Source of the DNA: Bdellovibrionales bacterium
GTDB taxonomy: Bacteria; Bdellovibrionota; Bdellovibrionia; Bdellovibrionales; UBA1609
Reading direction: 5' to 3'
Assembly (NCBI GenBank): GCA_965200025.1
Contig: OZ241325.1
Location: 986,229-1,050,228, forward strand
DNA: 64,000 nucleotides
Shown here: in pieces, positions 34,330 to 45,220 of the stretch
Layout: every line of letters starts with the position of its first letter
How positions within the stretch are numbered: position 1 is the stretch's first letter
Translations under genes and position numbers: made by a program
Notes under the pieces: generated by a model
Seen by the model: the letters and a program-made list of their open reading frames with translations, nothing else
Databases searched by the model: none
What the model was told of the DNA's origin: nothing

Positions 34330-35307
34330 TTAAGCGGCCCGGGTTTTATCTTTAAGAAGGGTTTTTTTCAGATCTTTGACCCATGAGTTAATTTCTTTGA
34401 TATGCTTCGACGGCACAGCAGACTGGGAAATACCCATAAAAGCCCCCAACAAATTATCTCCCTCACCATACACAGGCACCAAAGAGATATGCTTGGGCAA
34501 AGCATGCTTAAAACCACAGGAGGCAAAAAACTGAATATGAGTTTGATTTTGAACCACCCAGCCATGGTACTCCCTTCGGGAGGTGTACATCAACCGAAAA
34601 AGAGAGTTTTCCCTAACAGACACCTCTATGGGGGTACTCAAAGAGTCTGAATACTGAAGAGGTATAAATTTGTCTTTATGAAAACCAAAAACAATCACAC
34701 AGGAAAAGTATTTTTTTGAAAGTTTAAAAATTCCGTCCCTTTCTGTGGAAACAGAGGAGGTTTTTTTATCTGATTTAAACATTTTTAACAAATTGGTGAC
34801 TCGTGTAATTTTTGTAACAGAGGCAATAAGGGTTTGAAGCCGGGGGGGGGCAGCGGGGGCTTCATTAAACACCTTTGTCTCTTCCTCTTTGTTCTCCAAA
34901 GGGGGCTGAGATTCTTTTTGCAGATCTTGAATTTTCTCCCAACACAGCTCCAATTTTGCAGGATCCACCAAAACAGGCACCAGGTCCTCAGACAGGTGTT
35001 CCGCATCAGGGGGTTCCACACAGGCACAAAAAACAGTCCCCTCCCATTGGTATATGGGAACCCATTTTTTACTCCACTTTCCTTTATGCTCCAGGGTTTT
35101 CCACATTGAGGAATCCATACTCACATTTTGAAAAAAAGAGTTTTTAAGAATGGGCAGTCCGTAGCGTGTGCTGGCCCATTTTAAATACTTCAGCTTGTCC
35201 ACCCGTCCCTCCTTCAAAGCCCAGTAAAGGGGGGAACCCTGAGAGGACTTTTCCCATCCCTGAAACACTTTTTCCGGGATACCAAAAAAAACCTGCCACT
35301 CTTCCAT
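34330..35307 (-). CDS. Hypothetical protein
   Basis: A 325-aa ORF with good coding appearance. I cannot place any motif with confidence. Confidence 0.5.
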   Translation of the reverse strand: MEEWQVFFGIPEKVFQGWEKSSQGSPLYWALKEGRVDKLKYLKWASTRYGLPILKNSFFQNVSMDSSMWKTLEHKGKWSKKWVPIYQWEGTVFCACVEPPDAEHLSEDLVPVLVDPAKLELCWEKIQDLQKESQPPLENKEEETKVFNEAPAAPPRLQTLIASVTKITRVTNLLKMFKSDKKTSSVSTERDGIFKLSKKYFSCVIVFGFHKDKFIPLQYSDSLSTPIEVSVRENSLFRLMYTSRREYHGWVVQNQTHIQFFASCGFKHALPKHISLVPVYGEGDNLLGAFMGISQSAVPSKHIKEINSWVKDLKKTLLKDKTRAA

Positions 35308-35412
35308 AAAATGTTCTTCGGCTCCTGGTGGACATTTCTTAAACTTTGCTGTAACAGGTAGAGTACGAGCTTTAAAAATGCCCTCATTTTAAAAAACACC
35401 AGGGAAGCTGTT

Positions 35413-36603
35413 TTGCATGTTTTAAAAGACAAAAAAAGAATTTATCTGGACTACAATGCCACCACTCCCCCGGCCCTGTTTCTTCAGGATAAAATAACCC
35501 AGTGGCTGCCTTTGTGGGGGAACCCCTCCTCCATTCACCAAAACGGGCAAACCACAAAAAGCCTTATCTGGTCTGCCAAAAGCACTTTTGCCCGGCTGGT
35601 GGGCTGCCACCCCCTGGAGCTGATAGCCCTCAGTGGAGGCAGTGAAGCCAACAACATGGCCCTTAAGGGCCTGTATGAAAAATACTTCCCCCTTCACCCG
35701 GAAAGAAATCAAATTCTCATATCCGCTGTGGAGCATCCCAGTGTCAAAGCCCCGGTGGAGTACTTAAAATCCAAAGGGATGAAGGTTTATACCATCCCTG
35801 TAAAGAGGGGTGGGGTATTGGACATGGAGGCCTTTACACAGGCTTTAAACGAAAAAACCTTTTTGGTGGCCTGCATGTATGCCAACAACGAGACAGGGCT
35901 TATTTTTCCCATAGATCAGATGGCCAGGGAGGCAAAAAAAGTGGGCAGCTTTTTCCACTGTGATGGGGTGCAGGCTTTGGGCAAACTCCCTTTAAACCTT
36001 GGGAAGTGGGAGGGGGACACCATGAGTTTTTCCGCCCATAAGTTTTACGCCTTAAAAGGGGTGGGGCTGCTTTACTGCCGAAAAGGCCTTCTGCCCGCAA
36101 GCCTCATCGAAGGTGGCCCCCAGGAAAGAAAACGCAGAGCGGGTACAGAAAATGTCCTTGGGATTTTGTCCCTGGGAGCGGTGGCAGAACACGGGGAAGA
36201 GATCTTAAAGCAACACCAGAGCCTTAAACCCTTAAGAGACACCATGGAAAAAACCCTGACAAGATCCCTGAAGGGAATAGAGATCATAGGGGAGGGCAAT
36301 TTGAGGCTTGCCAACACCTCCTGCATGTACATAGAGGGGGTGGATGGTCAAACCCTTCTGATGAATATGGATTTAAAAGGTTATTCTTTCAGTGTGGGTT
36401 CCGCCTGTCACTCCGGAAACCTGAACCCTTCTGAAACCTTAAAAAGCATGGGATTTAGCGAAAACCAGTCCCGATCGGTTATCCGTATCAGCCTGGGACT
36501 GGGAGTGGAGGCTGGAGAGCTTAAAAACTTTGTAAAAGATTTAACCCATGCGGTAAACCGCATTCGTTCTTTTTCCTCAAAACCCTTAAAGGAAAAACCC
36601 TGA
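35413..36603 (+). CDS. Cysteine desulfurase, class V aminotransferase (NifS/IscS-like)
   Basis: RIYLDYNATTP at the N-terminus, PLP-lysine block SFSAHKFYALKGVGLLY, and active-site block SVGSACHSG. Confidence 0.85.
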   Translation: MHVLKDKKRIYLDYNATTPPALFLQDKITQWLPLWGNPSSIHQNGQTTKSLIWSAKSTFARLVGCHPLELIALSGGSEANNMALKGLYEKYFPLHPERNQILISAVEHPSVKAPVEYLKSKGMKVYTIPVKRGGVLDMEAFTQALNEKTFLVACMYANNETGLIFPIDQMAREAKKVGSFFHCDGVQALGKLPLNLGKWEGDTMSFSAHKFYALKGVGLLYCRKGLLPASLIEGGPQERKRRAGTENVLGILSLGAVAEHGEEILKQHQSLKPLRDTMEKTLTRSLKGIEIIGEGNLRLANTSCMYIEGVDGQTLLMNMDLKGYSFSVGSACHSGNLNPSETLKSMGFSENQSRSVIRISLGLGVEAGELKNFVKDLTHAVNRIRSFSSKPLKEKP

Positions 36604-36604
36604 A

Positions 36605-38161
36605 ATGCCCTTTTTGTTTTTTAGCCGCACTTCAAAAAAAACCTGTTTTTACTCTGTCTTTTTGGTCACTTTCCTGTTGGTGGGTCTTTATCTTTTAACC
36701 GGCAGCGGAAGCCGGAAGAAGGACACCCAAGATTTTACTGTAACTGTGGCTTTGGACTCAGAGCCCAAAAGCCTGGACCCCCGCCACAGCACCGATGCCA
36801 ACAGCATGAGAGTGGTGGATTTAATTTTTCAGTCCCTGATTCGTTTAAACCAAAAAAACCAGCTGGCCCCTTCCGCTGCTGAAAAATGGCTTTGCCAGTT
36901 AAAGAAATGCACCTTTTACATCAACAAAAACATACACTTTTCCAACGGACGGGGGCTTAAGGCCTCTGACATTGTGTTCAGTTTTCAGGAGTTTCAGTCT
37001 CCAAAATCCCCTTTTTTTTCCGCTTTTCAGGTTATTCAGTCTTTGAATGTAAAGGAAACCACCTCTCATTTTATACTCACTTTGCTTTTAAAAAAGCCCT
37101 CCCCCAAGTTTTTATCTGTCGATCTCCCGGTTTTAAAGCTGCTTCCTGAACAGGAAACACGGGCCGCCCCCCGTCACTTTTATAAAAACCCCATAGGATC
37201 TGGTGCCTTTGTACTGGAAAGCCAAAAGCCCGGCTCCCTGGTTTTAAAGGCCTCCCCCTTTCACCACCCCTTAAAAACCCGGGTGGTGTTTAAAATTATT
37301 CGGGACGATTTAACACGGTACCAAAAAACCTTAAAAGGTAAGATTGACATTGCCCAGTCTGTTCTGCCTTTTGGAAAAATAAAAAACTTTTCTGACAAAG
37401 ATTTTCAAATTTTTAAAAATTTAAGCTCTTCTGTCACTTACATACTGATTAACTTCAAAGATCCCTGTTTAAGGCTTAAGCCTTTCAGAAAAATCCTGCT
37501 GGAAAGTGTGGACCCTGTGGCTTTAATCCGGCACAAGCTGAAAGGCTTTGCTGTTCCCGCCCGGGGGCTTTTAAACCCCCACCATGCTTTTTTTAACCCC
37601 CGCCTGCCGGTGCTTCCCCACCGCCTTAAAGAGGCTCAAAAGCAGTTTCAAAAGCTTTCCCCAAAATGCCAGGCCCACCCCCTGGTTCTCAACACGGGGG
37701 GGAGTTTTACCTCCCTTTCTTACGGAAGAGTTTTGTCACAACACATGCGAAACAGTGGGTTAAAAGTGAAATTGAAGAGCTTTGAGTGGGGGACTTTTTA
37801 TGAGGACTTAAACAAAGGTCGGTTTCAGCTGGCTCTTTTGAAATGGGTGGGGGTTTTGGATCCCGATATTTACCGGCTGGCCTTTCATTCTCACGAACAC
37901 CCCCCAAAAGGCAGAAACAGAGGTTTTTACAGCCACGCACCACTGGACCGGCTTTTACAAAAAGCCCAGTCCCTTCTCAGCACCAAAAAAAGAAAAAAAA
38001 TATACCACCAGATACAAAGTATGGTTTATGAGGACATAGCCTTTATCCCTTTGTGGCACGAGGAGCAGGTGGCTGTGGTCAAAAACAACATAAAAAACTA
38101 TCAGCTAAGCCCCCGGGGCGACTTTTGGTTTCTACACCACATCCGCAGGGAAGGCCCTTAA
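36605..38161 (+). CDS. ABC transporter substrate-binding protein, family 5 (peptide/nickel type), orphan
   Basis: LDSEPKSLDPRHSTDANSMRVVDLIFQSLIR is a typical SBP_bac_5 N-terminal pattern. No permease or ATPase genes are adjacent. Confidence 0.7.
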   Translation: MPFLFFSRTSKKTCFYSVFLVTFLLVGLYLLTGSGSRKKDTQDFTVTVALDSEPKSLDPRHSTDANSMRVVDLIFQSLIRLNQKNQLAPSAAEKWLCQLKKCTFYINKNIHFSNGRGLKASDIVFSFQEFQSPKSPFFSAFQVIQSLNVKETTSHFILTLLLKKPSPKFLSVDLPVLKLLPEQETRAAPRHFYKNPIGSGAFVLESQKPGSLVLKASPFHHPLKTRVVFKIIRDDLTRYQKTLKGKIDIAQSVLPFGKIKNFSDKDFQIFKNLSSSVTYILINFKDPCLRLKPFRKILLESVDPVALIRHKLKGFAVPARGLLNPHHAFFNPRLPVLPHRLKEAQKQFQKLSPKCQAHPLVLNTGGSFTSLSYGRVLSQHMRNSGLKVKLKSFEWGTFYEDLNKGRFQLALLKWVGVLDPDIYRLAFHSHEHPPKGRNRGFYSHAPLDRLLQKAQSLLSTKKRKKIYHQIQSMVYEDIAFIPLWHEEQVAVVKNNIKNYQLSPRGDFWFLHHIRREGP

Positions 38162-38361
38162 CTTTAAAAAAACCTCTTTTTCTTAAAAATTCCACAAAAA
38201 AATAACCGGCACCAGCCCATAAATTTATAGACAGGGCAAAAACATGTGTGTTAAAAGCAAAACATGCCTTTTTTTTGAAAAAGAACCTTTACAGGGCCTT
38301 TTGAAAGGGGCAGGATTAAGCATAAAAGGTGTTTTTGACCTGTGAATTGAGGAGTAAAGTT

Positions 38362-38646
38362 ATGGTGATGATGCGACTGGCCCGATGTGGTACAAAGCAT
38401 AAACCAAAATACCGCATCACTGTGGCAGACAAAAGATGCAGTGTAAAAGGCCGTTTTATTGAAATTATTGGTTCCTACAACCCTTTGGCCAAAGACAAAA
38501 AAGCCGCCTTTCACATTAAAAAAGATCGCTACGACAAATGGTTGTCGCAAGGGGCCAGGCCCAGCGAAACCTTAAAGAGTCTGGTTAAAAAACTGCACTC
38601 TGTCCAGGAGACAAAACTTAATGAAACAAACAAAACTGTCCAATAA
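38362..38646 (+). CDS. rpsP: 30S ribosomal protein S16
   Basis: MVMMRLARCGTKHKPKYRI.. with GGAG 7 nt upstream of the ATG at 38362. The ORF-track start at 38329 is rejected. Confidence 0.9.
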   Translation: MVMMRLARCGTKHKPKYRITVADKRCSVKGRFIEIIGSYNPLAKDKKAAFHIKKDRYDKWLSQGARPSETLKSLVKKLHSVQETKLNETNKTVQ

Positions 38647-38672
38647 ATTTTTTTTGAAAGTAAAGGTGTGAA

Positions 38673-38930
38673 ATGGAAGCTTCAATGTCTGAAATTATTG
38701 AAATGTTAATCAAAGCCCTGGTGGATGAACCCGAACAGGTGGAAGTCACAGAAAGCAAGGGGGAAAAAACCACTATTTATGAGGCCAAGGTCTCCAAAAA
38801 CGACATGGGAAAAGTCATTGGCCGGGGGGGGCGAACCATAGAATCCCTTCGAACCATTGTGGGGGCCTGTGGAGCCAAAAAGAAACAAAGATGTATTTTC
38901 CAGGTCATTGACGAGTACGAAGAAAACTAA
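38673..38930 (+). CDS. KH-domain RNA-binding protein (UPF0109/YlqC-like)
   Basis: About 80 aa with a GKVIGRGGRTI GXXG loop, in the conserved position between rpsP and rimM. Confidence 0.8.
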   Translation: MEASMSEIIEMLIKALVDEPEQVEVTESKGEKTTIYEAKVSKNDMGKVIGRGGRTIESLRTIVGACGAKKKQRCIFQVIDEYEEN

Positions 38931-39486
38931 TCTTCAGGGCTTTTTAAAAACAGGCCTTATCACCTCTGCCCATGGTTTAAAGGGCTTTTTATTTGCACAG
39001 GTTTTAAGCCCCTTTCCTGAGTCACACACCCGGGAAATGCTCAAGCTCCTGGCGGTAAAAGCCACACAAAGGCCCATTAAAGTGGTAAAACAGAACCAGC
39101 TGCTTTTTGAGGGTTTGCCTGAGCAGGTTCAGGTTCATAAAAAAGGTCTGCTTTTAAAACTGCCTCACATTCATTCTTTAAACCAGGCTCTGACCTTAAA
39201 ATCCAGCTCACTTTGGCTGTCTCAAAAGCTTTTTTTATCCTCTGTGGGGGAAAGCTTTTATTTGTCGGAGACTCTGGGTTTTCAGGTTTATGATCAAAAA
39301 ACCAAGGCACTTAAGGGGGTGGTGGTGTCCTTCAGTCACAATGGAGCAGACGATATTTTGATCATAAAAAATCAACAGAGGGGAAAGTGGCCCCTGCTGT
39401 TGAGAAAAGAATTTGTAAAAAAAACAGATTTTTTAAACCAAAAAATTTTGGTCCGGCTGCCGGAAGACTGGCCGGAAGAGGCATAA
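38857..39486 (+). CDS. rimM: Ribosome maturation factor RimM (start uncertain, possibly TTG at 38908)
   Basis: The LKTGLITSAHGLKGFLFAQV block and the position after rpsP-KH support the call. The gene overlaps the KH gene's 3' end. Confidence 0.75.
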   Translation: MWGPVEPKRNKDVFSRSLTSTKKTNLQGFLKTGLITSAHGLKGFLFAQVLSPFPESHTREMLKLLAVKATQRPIKVVKQNQLLFEGLPEQVQVHKKGLLLKLPHIHSLNQALTLKSSSLWLSQKLFLSSVGESFYLSETLGFQVYDQKTKALKGVVVSFSHNGADDILIIKNQQRGKWPLLLRKEFVKKTDFLNQKILVRLPEDWPEEA

Positions 39487-39572
39487 ACTTAAAAACATTT
39501 CATGAATGGATGGTGTCTTTAGCACCAAAAGCTGACATTCAGAAAACACTTTGTACCAGGAGCAGTTATACC

Positions 39573-40217
39573 CTACATTCTTTTTTTGTGAAGGGGACAC
39601 TCAGAAAGCCTGAAAAGCGGACCAGTCAGCTTTTTCACCTCACATCTCCTCTCACACTCCATGGCATGGGCAAATCCTGAACACTGCAAAACAAAATGGT
39701 TATCCCCTGAAGCAGGGCTGTTGTCACCACCCACAAAATAGGAATTACTGATCATCTGATCCATACTGGCCGGATCAGGGGGCAACTTCTTACACTCTTC
39801 TTCAGCCTCATCCTGAAGAGCCTGGCATTTTTCTGGATCCGGATGCCTGCCACCCTCCTCCTCTGTAAGATTACCACCATAACAAACACCCGTCTTGATC
39901 CCCTCCCCAATGGCTTCCAATACCTTATTATGGCACCTGATATCCCCCTCCATAATCATAGAGGCAAAAGGCAGATCATCATCATAAGGCAAGCTCTCAG
40001 ACCTTTTCACCATACATTGCCCCTTACACACACTGGCATGGGCAGGGGAAAGACCAAAACACTCCACAGTAAAATAATCATCTCTTTTGTAATCAGCAGA
40101 CTTTTGAGTGGCACACCACTTCCGACACTTTGTATCCGGAAAATTATCAACAGCAGGCCTTAACCGACAGGAAATCACCACAAAAGCACCAATAAATAAC
40201 ACCATAATACACTTCAT
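39573..40217 (-). CDS. Enlarged Cys-rich lipoprotein, partner of metzincin module 4
   Basis: Lipobox VISC. It retains IMEGDIRCH, HPDPEKC and CKKLPPDPASMDQ but has longer N- and C-terminal parts (214 aa). Confidence 0.7.
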   Translation of the reverse strand: MKCIMVLFIGAFVVISCRLRPAVDNFPDTKCRKWCATQKSADYKRDDYFTVECFGLSPAHASVCKGQCMVKRSESLPYDDDLPFASMIMEGDIRCHNKVLEAIGEGIKTGVCYGGNLTEEEGGRHPDPEKCQALQDEAEEECKKLPPDPASMDQMISNSYFVGGDNSPASGDNHFVLQCSGFAHAMECERRCEVKKLTGPLFRLSECPLHKKRM

Positions 40218-40232
40218 CTCTTAACCCTGGCT

Positions 40233-40943
40233 TTAAGATCGTTTATCTGTTTTCTTAAAATCAAAAACTCTGTAAGAGCATCCTGAAGCTTCCTGATCTT
40301 GTTTTAACTCCACCGCTTCCGGATCATAAGATATCAGAAAAGCTTCAAAGTCAACCTCTTTCAGCTGACAAATTTTGTCTTTCCCCCTATTCCCACACCT
40401 AAAATTATGAGAAGTCATAATCTCTGTTTCCTCTCTATCCAAATGAGGTATTCCCAAAGCATGACCCAGCTCATGCATCATTACATTAATAAAATGGGGT
40501 TTTCTCCATGAGGTTTTGCTACTCATTTCAACCACTCCATGAAAAGAAGTAGAATCACCCTTTGTACGATACCCCCCCAAAGCACCAGAAGGTAAAATAG
40601 CTTTTTGAGGATAAATTATATGAAACAGCTGATTATTGCAAGACTCTGTAAATAACAGAGTGTCCGGTGCAGATAAAAAAAGACAGCTATGTTTTTTGAT
40701 ATACTTCTCATATTCTTTATTCCACCTCCGCATGGCCTCCCTGGTCCATTCTGCTTCTGTAGAGGAGATGTTGTTTGTATTCAGGCAAACCCCCCAAGGG
40801 TAATCCATTGCACCTAAAATTCTATGAACTCTTGCCTTAAAACTTTTGTGTTCAGAGTTATAGTGACATCTCAAAACCTCAATCTGAGCATGACCTTTAA
40901 CAATAAAAGCTGATAAAAGTATCAGTACAATCCATCTGTTCAT
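40233..40943 (-). CDS. Secreted metzincin-type zinc metalloprotease, module 4 (divergent)
   Basis: HELGHALGIPHLDREETEIMTS, with DYPWGVC and WNKEYEKY blocks. It has a different signal peptide (cleavage near GHA-Q). Confidence 0.8.
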   Translation of the reverse strand: MNRWIVLILLSAFIVKGHAQIEVLRCHYNSEHKSFKARVHRILGAMDYPWGVCLNTNNISSTEAEWTREAMRRWNKEYEKYIKKHSCLFLSAPDTLLFTESCNNQLFHIIYPQKAILPSGALGGYRTKGDSTSFHGVVEMSSKTSWRKPHFINVMMHELGHALGIPHLDREETEIMTSHNFRCGNRGKDKICQLKEVDFEAFLISYDPEAVELKQDQEASGCSYRVFDFKKTDKRS

Positions 40944-41329
40944 TACACTGCGTAAAATATCACATCACGCAGATCAGCCGGAAAGATTTTCCCCATCTGT
41001 GAAAAACTTACACTATTGTTTAAAAAAGAGACATTATTGGGGACACTCAGAAAGTCTGATCCATACTGGCCGGATCAGGGGGTAACTTCTTACACTAAAA
41101 CAACAAGCTGTGCATGGCTGTCAAGACCAAAGTCTGGCATATCCCCCGCTCTGTCCAACACTCAAAGATAAAAAATTCAAAAGGTTTTTTTTATAACCGA
41201 TAAAAAATTTATAAGGTGTACCAGGGAAAAACCTATCCACCTCTCTCCAATAATCAAAAAATGGGAGTAAGGCCGGGATATGGTTTTTCATAATGGTCAC
41301 GAACAAACAAGCAGAGAACCTTAAATAAC

Positions 41330-41719
41330 ATGCAAACATATATGCTTTCATTTTTCTTAATTCTTTTTATTATGGGGTGCAAAACCCAAAATCCTTATTT
41401 TACAGAGGAAAGCACACACTTAAGCCAATCCTCATCCACAGAAGAGTGCAAGAAAGAAATCCAGGGTTATTCTCTTTGTGTGGAACACAGCCTCAAAGAG
41501 GACTGCCAGGCTGTCAGGCAATCCTTAAACCCCTCTGAAAACAAACCCCTGTTTAAAGAGATGAGAGAGTTTTGCAACATTAAGAAACTCAAATCCCTGT
41601 GTGATATGGACAAGCCTGAGTATCAGGATCTGTTTTTTCAGGCCTATCATAAAGGGGCAAGAGCGGTGTTCAGCCACTGCGGCCTTCCATACTCAGAACC
41701 CAGACAACCATTTTTTTAA
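41330..41719 (+). CDS. Small lipoprotein, function unknown
   Basis: MQTYMLSFFLILFIMGC with lipobox IMGC, and several Cys. Confidence 0.55.
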   Translation: MQTYMLSFFLILFIMGCKTQNPYFTEESTHLSQSSSTEECKKEIQGYSLCVEHSLKEDCQAVRQSLNPSENKPLFKEMREFCNIKKLKSLCDMDKPEYQDLFFQAYHKGARAVFSHCGLPYSEPRQPFF

Positions 41720-41753
41720 ACCCCAAAACCAACCCAACCTAAAGAGAAACCTC

Positions 41754-42563
41754 ATGATAAAATGCTTTTTTGTTTTTTTGTGTATCGTTTTATGGTTTTA
41801 CTCATGCACTCAAGCCACAGAACAGGCTCACTTTTCCACAGATTTAAAAAAATGGTGGTGGGGGGAGGAAGAGGAAACCTCTCACTCCTCATCCTCTTCG
41901 AAAACAAAACGCAAAAAAAGAAGCCGAAGATCAAAATTCAGCAGTTCAAAGGATTACTACCCCTCTGCCAGTGGAGGAGGATCTTCCTCACCCAGTGAAG
42001 ACTCCTCTTCTGAGGATGAGGAAACCGTTACTTCAAACAGGTTTCAGGATGGCTTAAGGTTTACCACTTATACACAAGACCACTGCCCATCCAATACTGC
42101 CTATTCCTTTCAGGCAGAAGAAGAGTTAAGAGATCTCAAATTGAGTGAGATAGAGTTTGCCGTGGATAATACAGATCCTTCAAACCCCATCTACACTTTT
42201 GACAAGACAGCAAGCACAGGCAGCGATGATCCAGGACAAAACCTTATCAAAAAAATACAGTTTGCTCGCCATGCAGCCAGTCAATGGAATGTCACTTTGT
42301 GGTTTGATGAATCTCTTGTCTCTGCTCTGTCCCGTGGAGATCATGCAGACCATAATTGGTATATATTTATCAAACAGAAAAATGGCATTCGCCTCAATAT
42401 CAACGAACTGAGAAATATCAGATTTACCCCCAATGTTGTGGTGGAGGATGGGCTTTATAAGTATGACATACGCTCTTCCAAAGGATTTTCTGATGGAGGT
42501 CCTTTTAAAGTGTATTTCACCATGGGAAGCTCTGAAACCTGCACCTTTGTTGTGGGAACTTAA
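41754..42563 (+). CDS. Lipoprotein with a Ser/Glu-rich linker, function unknown
   Basis: The internal ATG at 41754 gives MIKCFFVFLCIVLWFYSC (lipobox). Poly-Ser/Lys/Arg and acidic Ser-rich stretches are followed by a globular domain. Confidence 0.55.
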   Translation: MIKCFFVFLCIVLWFYSCTQATEQAHFSTDLKKWWWGEEEETSHSSSSSKTKRKKRSRRSKFSSSKDYYPSASGGGSSSPSEDSSSEDEETVTSNRFQDGLRFTTYTQDHCPSNTAYSFQAEEELRDLKLSEIEFAVDNTDPSNPIYTFDKTASTGSDDPGQNLIKKIQFARHAASQWNVTLWFDESLVSALSRGDHADHNWYIFIKQKNGIRLNINELRNIRFTPNVVVEDGLYKYDIRSSKGFSDGGPFKVYFTMGSSETCTFVVGT

Positions 42564-42590
42564 AGGTATTTCTTTCAACACCCTGAAAAT

Positions 42591-44705
42591 TTAAGCATTT
42601 AAAAAATCACCGGAAAGGATTTTTTGAGCAATCTTATCCGGTACTTTTTCATAAGTTTTCATCTTCATGGAAAAAGAGGCCCGGCCCTGGCTTATCGATC
42701 TTAAATCCGTGGCATAACCAAACATGTTCATCAAAGGCACCTGAGCTTTCACCACCTGAAGTTGTTTTTGGGATAAAACCTGTTCAATTTTTGCTCTTTT
42801 GGTATTGAGGTGACTTAAAACATCCCCTAAAAAATCCTCAGGACTTAAAACCTCCAAATCAAAGATGGGTTCCAAAAGATGACAGTCCACCTGCTCCAAA
42901 GCCCGCAGAAAAGCCTGTGTGCTGCTGACCTTTAAAGCCTGAAGCTGGTCTGCCTCCTTTTCCCCCTCAAGCTTTAAAGAAAGCACACGCACCTTTACAC
43001 CCAAAAGCCTCCACCCCATAAGTCTTCCCACATAAGAGGCCTCTTTAACTGCCTGCCGGACAACTTCCCTCTGCTCAGACTTAAAAGAATGTGTCTTAAA
43101 AAAATCCTCTTCAAACACAAGGGGCTGAAGGGGTTTAAAGGGGCTGATCTCCAAAGTTAGGGAGGCACGGGCCGTTCCCCCTTCTGTTTCAAACACCGCC
43201 TCGCCCCGGCCGGTGCTTTGCACACTTTCCCTGAAAGACACTCTGGGAGGGCCTGTTCTTAAATCCAGCTTGTGTTCTTTTTTTAACCGGTTGACCAAAA
43301 TCTCCAAATGCAGCTCTCCCATACCCATAAGCAGGGTACGCCCTGTTTCCCCCTCCACGGACACAAAACAGGAAGGATCCTCCCGCATCAGAGTTTGAAG
43401 AGCCTTATGAAGTTTTTTTTGATCAGAAGCCGCTTTAGGTTCCAGCACCTGGGAAATAACAGGTTCCGGAAAGGCCATGCTTTCCAAAGAGACCAAGTCC
43501 CCCCCTCCACAAAGGGTGTCCCCTGTTTTTGTCCACCTTAAACCCAAAACCACCCCAATATCCCCGGCCTTTAAACAATTCACCTCCTGTCTGGCACGGG
43601 AGTGCATTTTTAAAAGCCTGCCTATTCTTTCCTTTTTGTTTTCTCTTGCATTCCACACCTGCCCCCCCACTGTTAAAGTTCCGGAGTAGACCCGAATGTA
43701 AGTCATATAGCCTGCAAAACTGTCTGCCACCATTTTAAAAGCCAAAGCCACAGCTGGTGCATCAAAATCCGGAAGGCACACAACAGTAGTTTGAGATTTT
43801 TTTAAAGCCTCCACGGGTGGCACATCACAGGGAGAGGGAAGGTAGTCCACCACTGCAGAAAGCAGAGGCTGAACCCCTTTGTTCTTAAAAGCTGAACCAC
43901 AAAACACCGGTGTAATTTTGGCCTTCAACACCGCCTGCCTTAAACCCCTCTTAATATCCTCCACAGAAAGTTTTTCTGTTTTCAGGTATTTGTCCATCAC
44001 CCCATCATCCCCTTCACAGGCTTTTTCCACCACATGTTGATAAGCTTTCAGGCTTTCCTCCTGAAACTCCTTTGGTACATCCACACAGGAGTACTTAAAC
44101 CCCAACTCATCCTGATCCCACACAAAAGCTTTTTGCTCCACCAGGTCTATCACTCCCTTAAAACCCTCCTCTTTCCCCATGGGGAGCTGAAGCATAAGGG
44201 GTTGTGCATTAAGTTTTTCTTTTAAAGAATGAACACTTTTTTCAAAATCCGCACCCACCCGGTCCATCTTGTTGATAAAACAAAGCCTGGGAATTTTGTA
44301 TCTGTCCGCCTGCCTCCACACGGTTTCACTTTGCGGCTGAACCCCTTTACCGGCATCAAAAACCACCAAAACCCCATCCAGCACACGAAGGCAGCGCTCC
44401 ACCTCCACAGTAAAATCCACATGGCCGGGAGTATCGATAATATTGATACGATGTTTTTTCCAAAAACAGGTGGTGGCAGCCGAACTTATGGTAATACCCC
44501 TTTGTTGCTCTTCCGGCATCCAGTCCATAACGGCACTGCCTTCGTGCACCTCCCCCATTTTGTAACTGCGTCCTGTGTAAAAAAGTATTCTTTCTGTGAG
44601 AGTGGTTTTTCCCGCATCAATATGGGCTATAATCCCTATATTGCGGGTCAGGGATTTGTCCGAAACACTTTGAATGGAAAGACTGAGCTGAGGCATAAAA
44701 AACAA
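42591..44705 (-). CDS. fusA: Elongation factor G
   Basis: [14 protein letters not shown] and NKMD GTPase motifs. Full five-domain length, downstream of rpsG. Confidence 0.95.
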   Translation of the reverse strand: MFFMPQLSLSIQSVSDKSLTRNIGIIAHIDAGKTTLTERILFYTGRSYKMGEVHEGSAVMDWMPEEQQRGITISSAATTCFWKKHRINIIDTPGHVDFTVEVERCLRVLDGVLVVFDAGKGVQPQSETVWRQADRYKIPRLCFINKMDRVGADFEKSVHSLKEKLNAQPLMLQLPMGKEEGFKGVIDLVEQKAFVWDQDELGFKYSCVDVPKEFQEESLKAYQHVVEKACEGDDGVMDKYLKTEKLSVEDIKRGLRQAVLKAKITPVFCGSAFKNKGVQPLLSAVVDYLPSPCDVPPVEALKKSQTTVVCLPDFDAPAVALAFKMVADSFAGYMTYIRVYSGTLTVGGQVWNARENKKERIGRLLKMHSRARQEVNCLKAGDIGVVLGLRWTKTGDTLCGGGDLVSLESMAFPEPVISQVLEPKAASDQKKLHKALQTLMREDPSCFVSVEGETGRTLLMGMGELHLEILVNRLKKEHKLDLRTGPPRVSFRESVQSTGRGEAVFETEGGTARASLTLEISPFKPLQPLVFEEDFFKTHSFKSEQREVVRQAVKEASYVGRLMGWRLLGVKVRVLSLKLEGEKEADQLQALKVSSTQAFLRALEQVDCHLLEPIFDLEVLSPEDFLGDVLSHLNTKRAKIEQVLSQKQLQVVKAQVPLMNMFGYATDLRSISQGRASFSMKMKTYEKVPDKIAQKILSGDFLNA

Positions 44706-44727
44706 CAGGGTTTGGTTTTAAAATAAA

Positions 44728-45204
44728 TCACCAGTTGTAGTGAGAGAAAGCCCGGTTGGACTCCGCCATACGGTGCACATCCTCTTTTTTCTTAATGGAG
44801 TTTCCTTTGTTATGAAAAGCATCCTCCAGTTCGGCAGCCAGTCTGTCAGACATGGTTTTTTCGCGACGAAGGCGGGCATGGAGAATAATCCACCTTAAAG
44901 CCAAAGTGGCTCTTCGGGCCGGACGCACATCCACTGGCACCTGGTAAGTGGCCCCACCCACTCTGCGGCTTCTTACCTCCAGGGCCGGCTTACAGTTGTC
45001 CACAGCTTTTTTGAACACAGTCAAAGCTTTTTCGCCAGGGTGTTTTTTACCAAGTTTTTCCAAAGCTTTATAAACAATACCCCGGGCCATTTCTTTTTTC
45101 CCATCCCACATTATCTTGTTGATAAAGTAAGACACCTGAGCATCTGCATAAAGAGGATCAGGTGGGGTTTCACGCTTTCGAATTTGCCGGCTTCTTCTGG
45201 ACAT
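44728..45204 (-). CDS. rpsG: 30S ribosomal protein S7
   Basis: 158 aa. MSRRSR..DPLY.., RRVGGATYQVPV and RMAESNRAFSHYNW are canonical S7 blocks. Confidence 0.95.
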   Translation of the reverse strand: MSRRSRQIRKRETPPDPLYADAQVSYFINKIMWDGKKEMARGIVYKALEKLGKKHPGEKALTVFKKAVDNCKPALEVRSRRVGGATYQVPVDVRPARRATLALRWIILHARLRREKTMSDRLAAELEDAFHNKGNSIKKKEDVHRMAESNRAFSHYNW

Positions 45205-45220
45205 ATCTTAAAACCTCTCT

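Noticed and set aside
41121-41351. 76-aa minus-strand ORF between module 4 and the lipoprotein gene
   Set aside because: It overlaps the start and leader of the better-supported lipoprotein gene at 41330, has no RBS and an odd composition. The region is more likely a promoter or remnant sequence.
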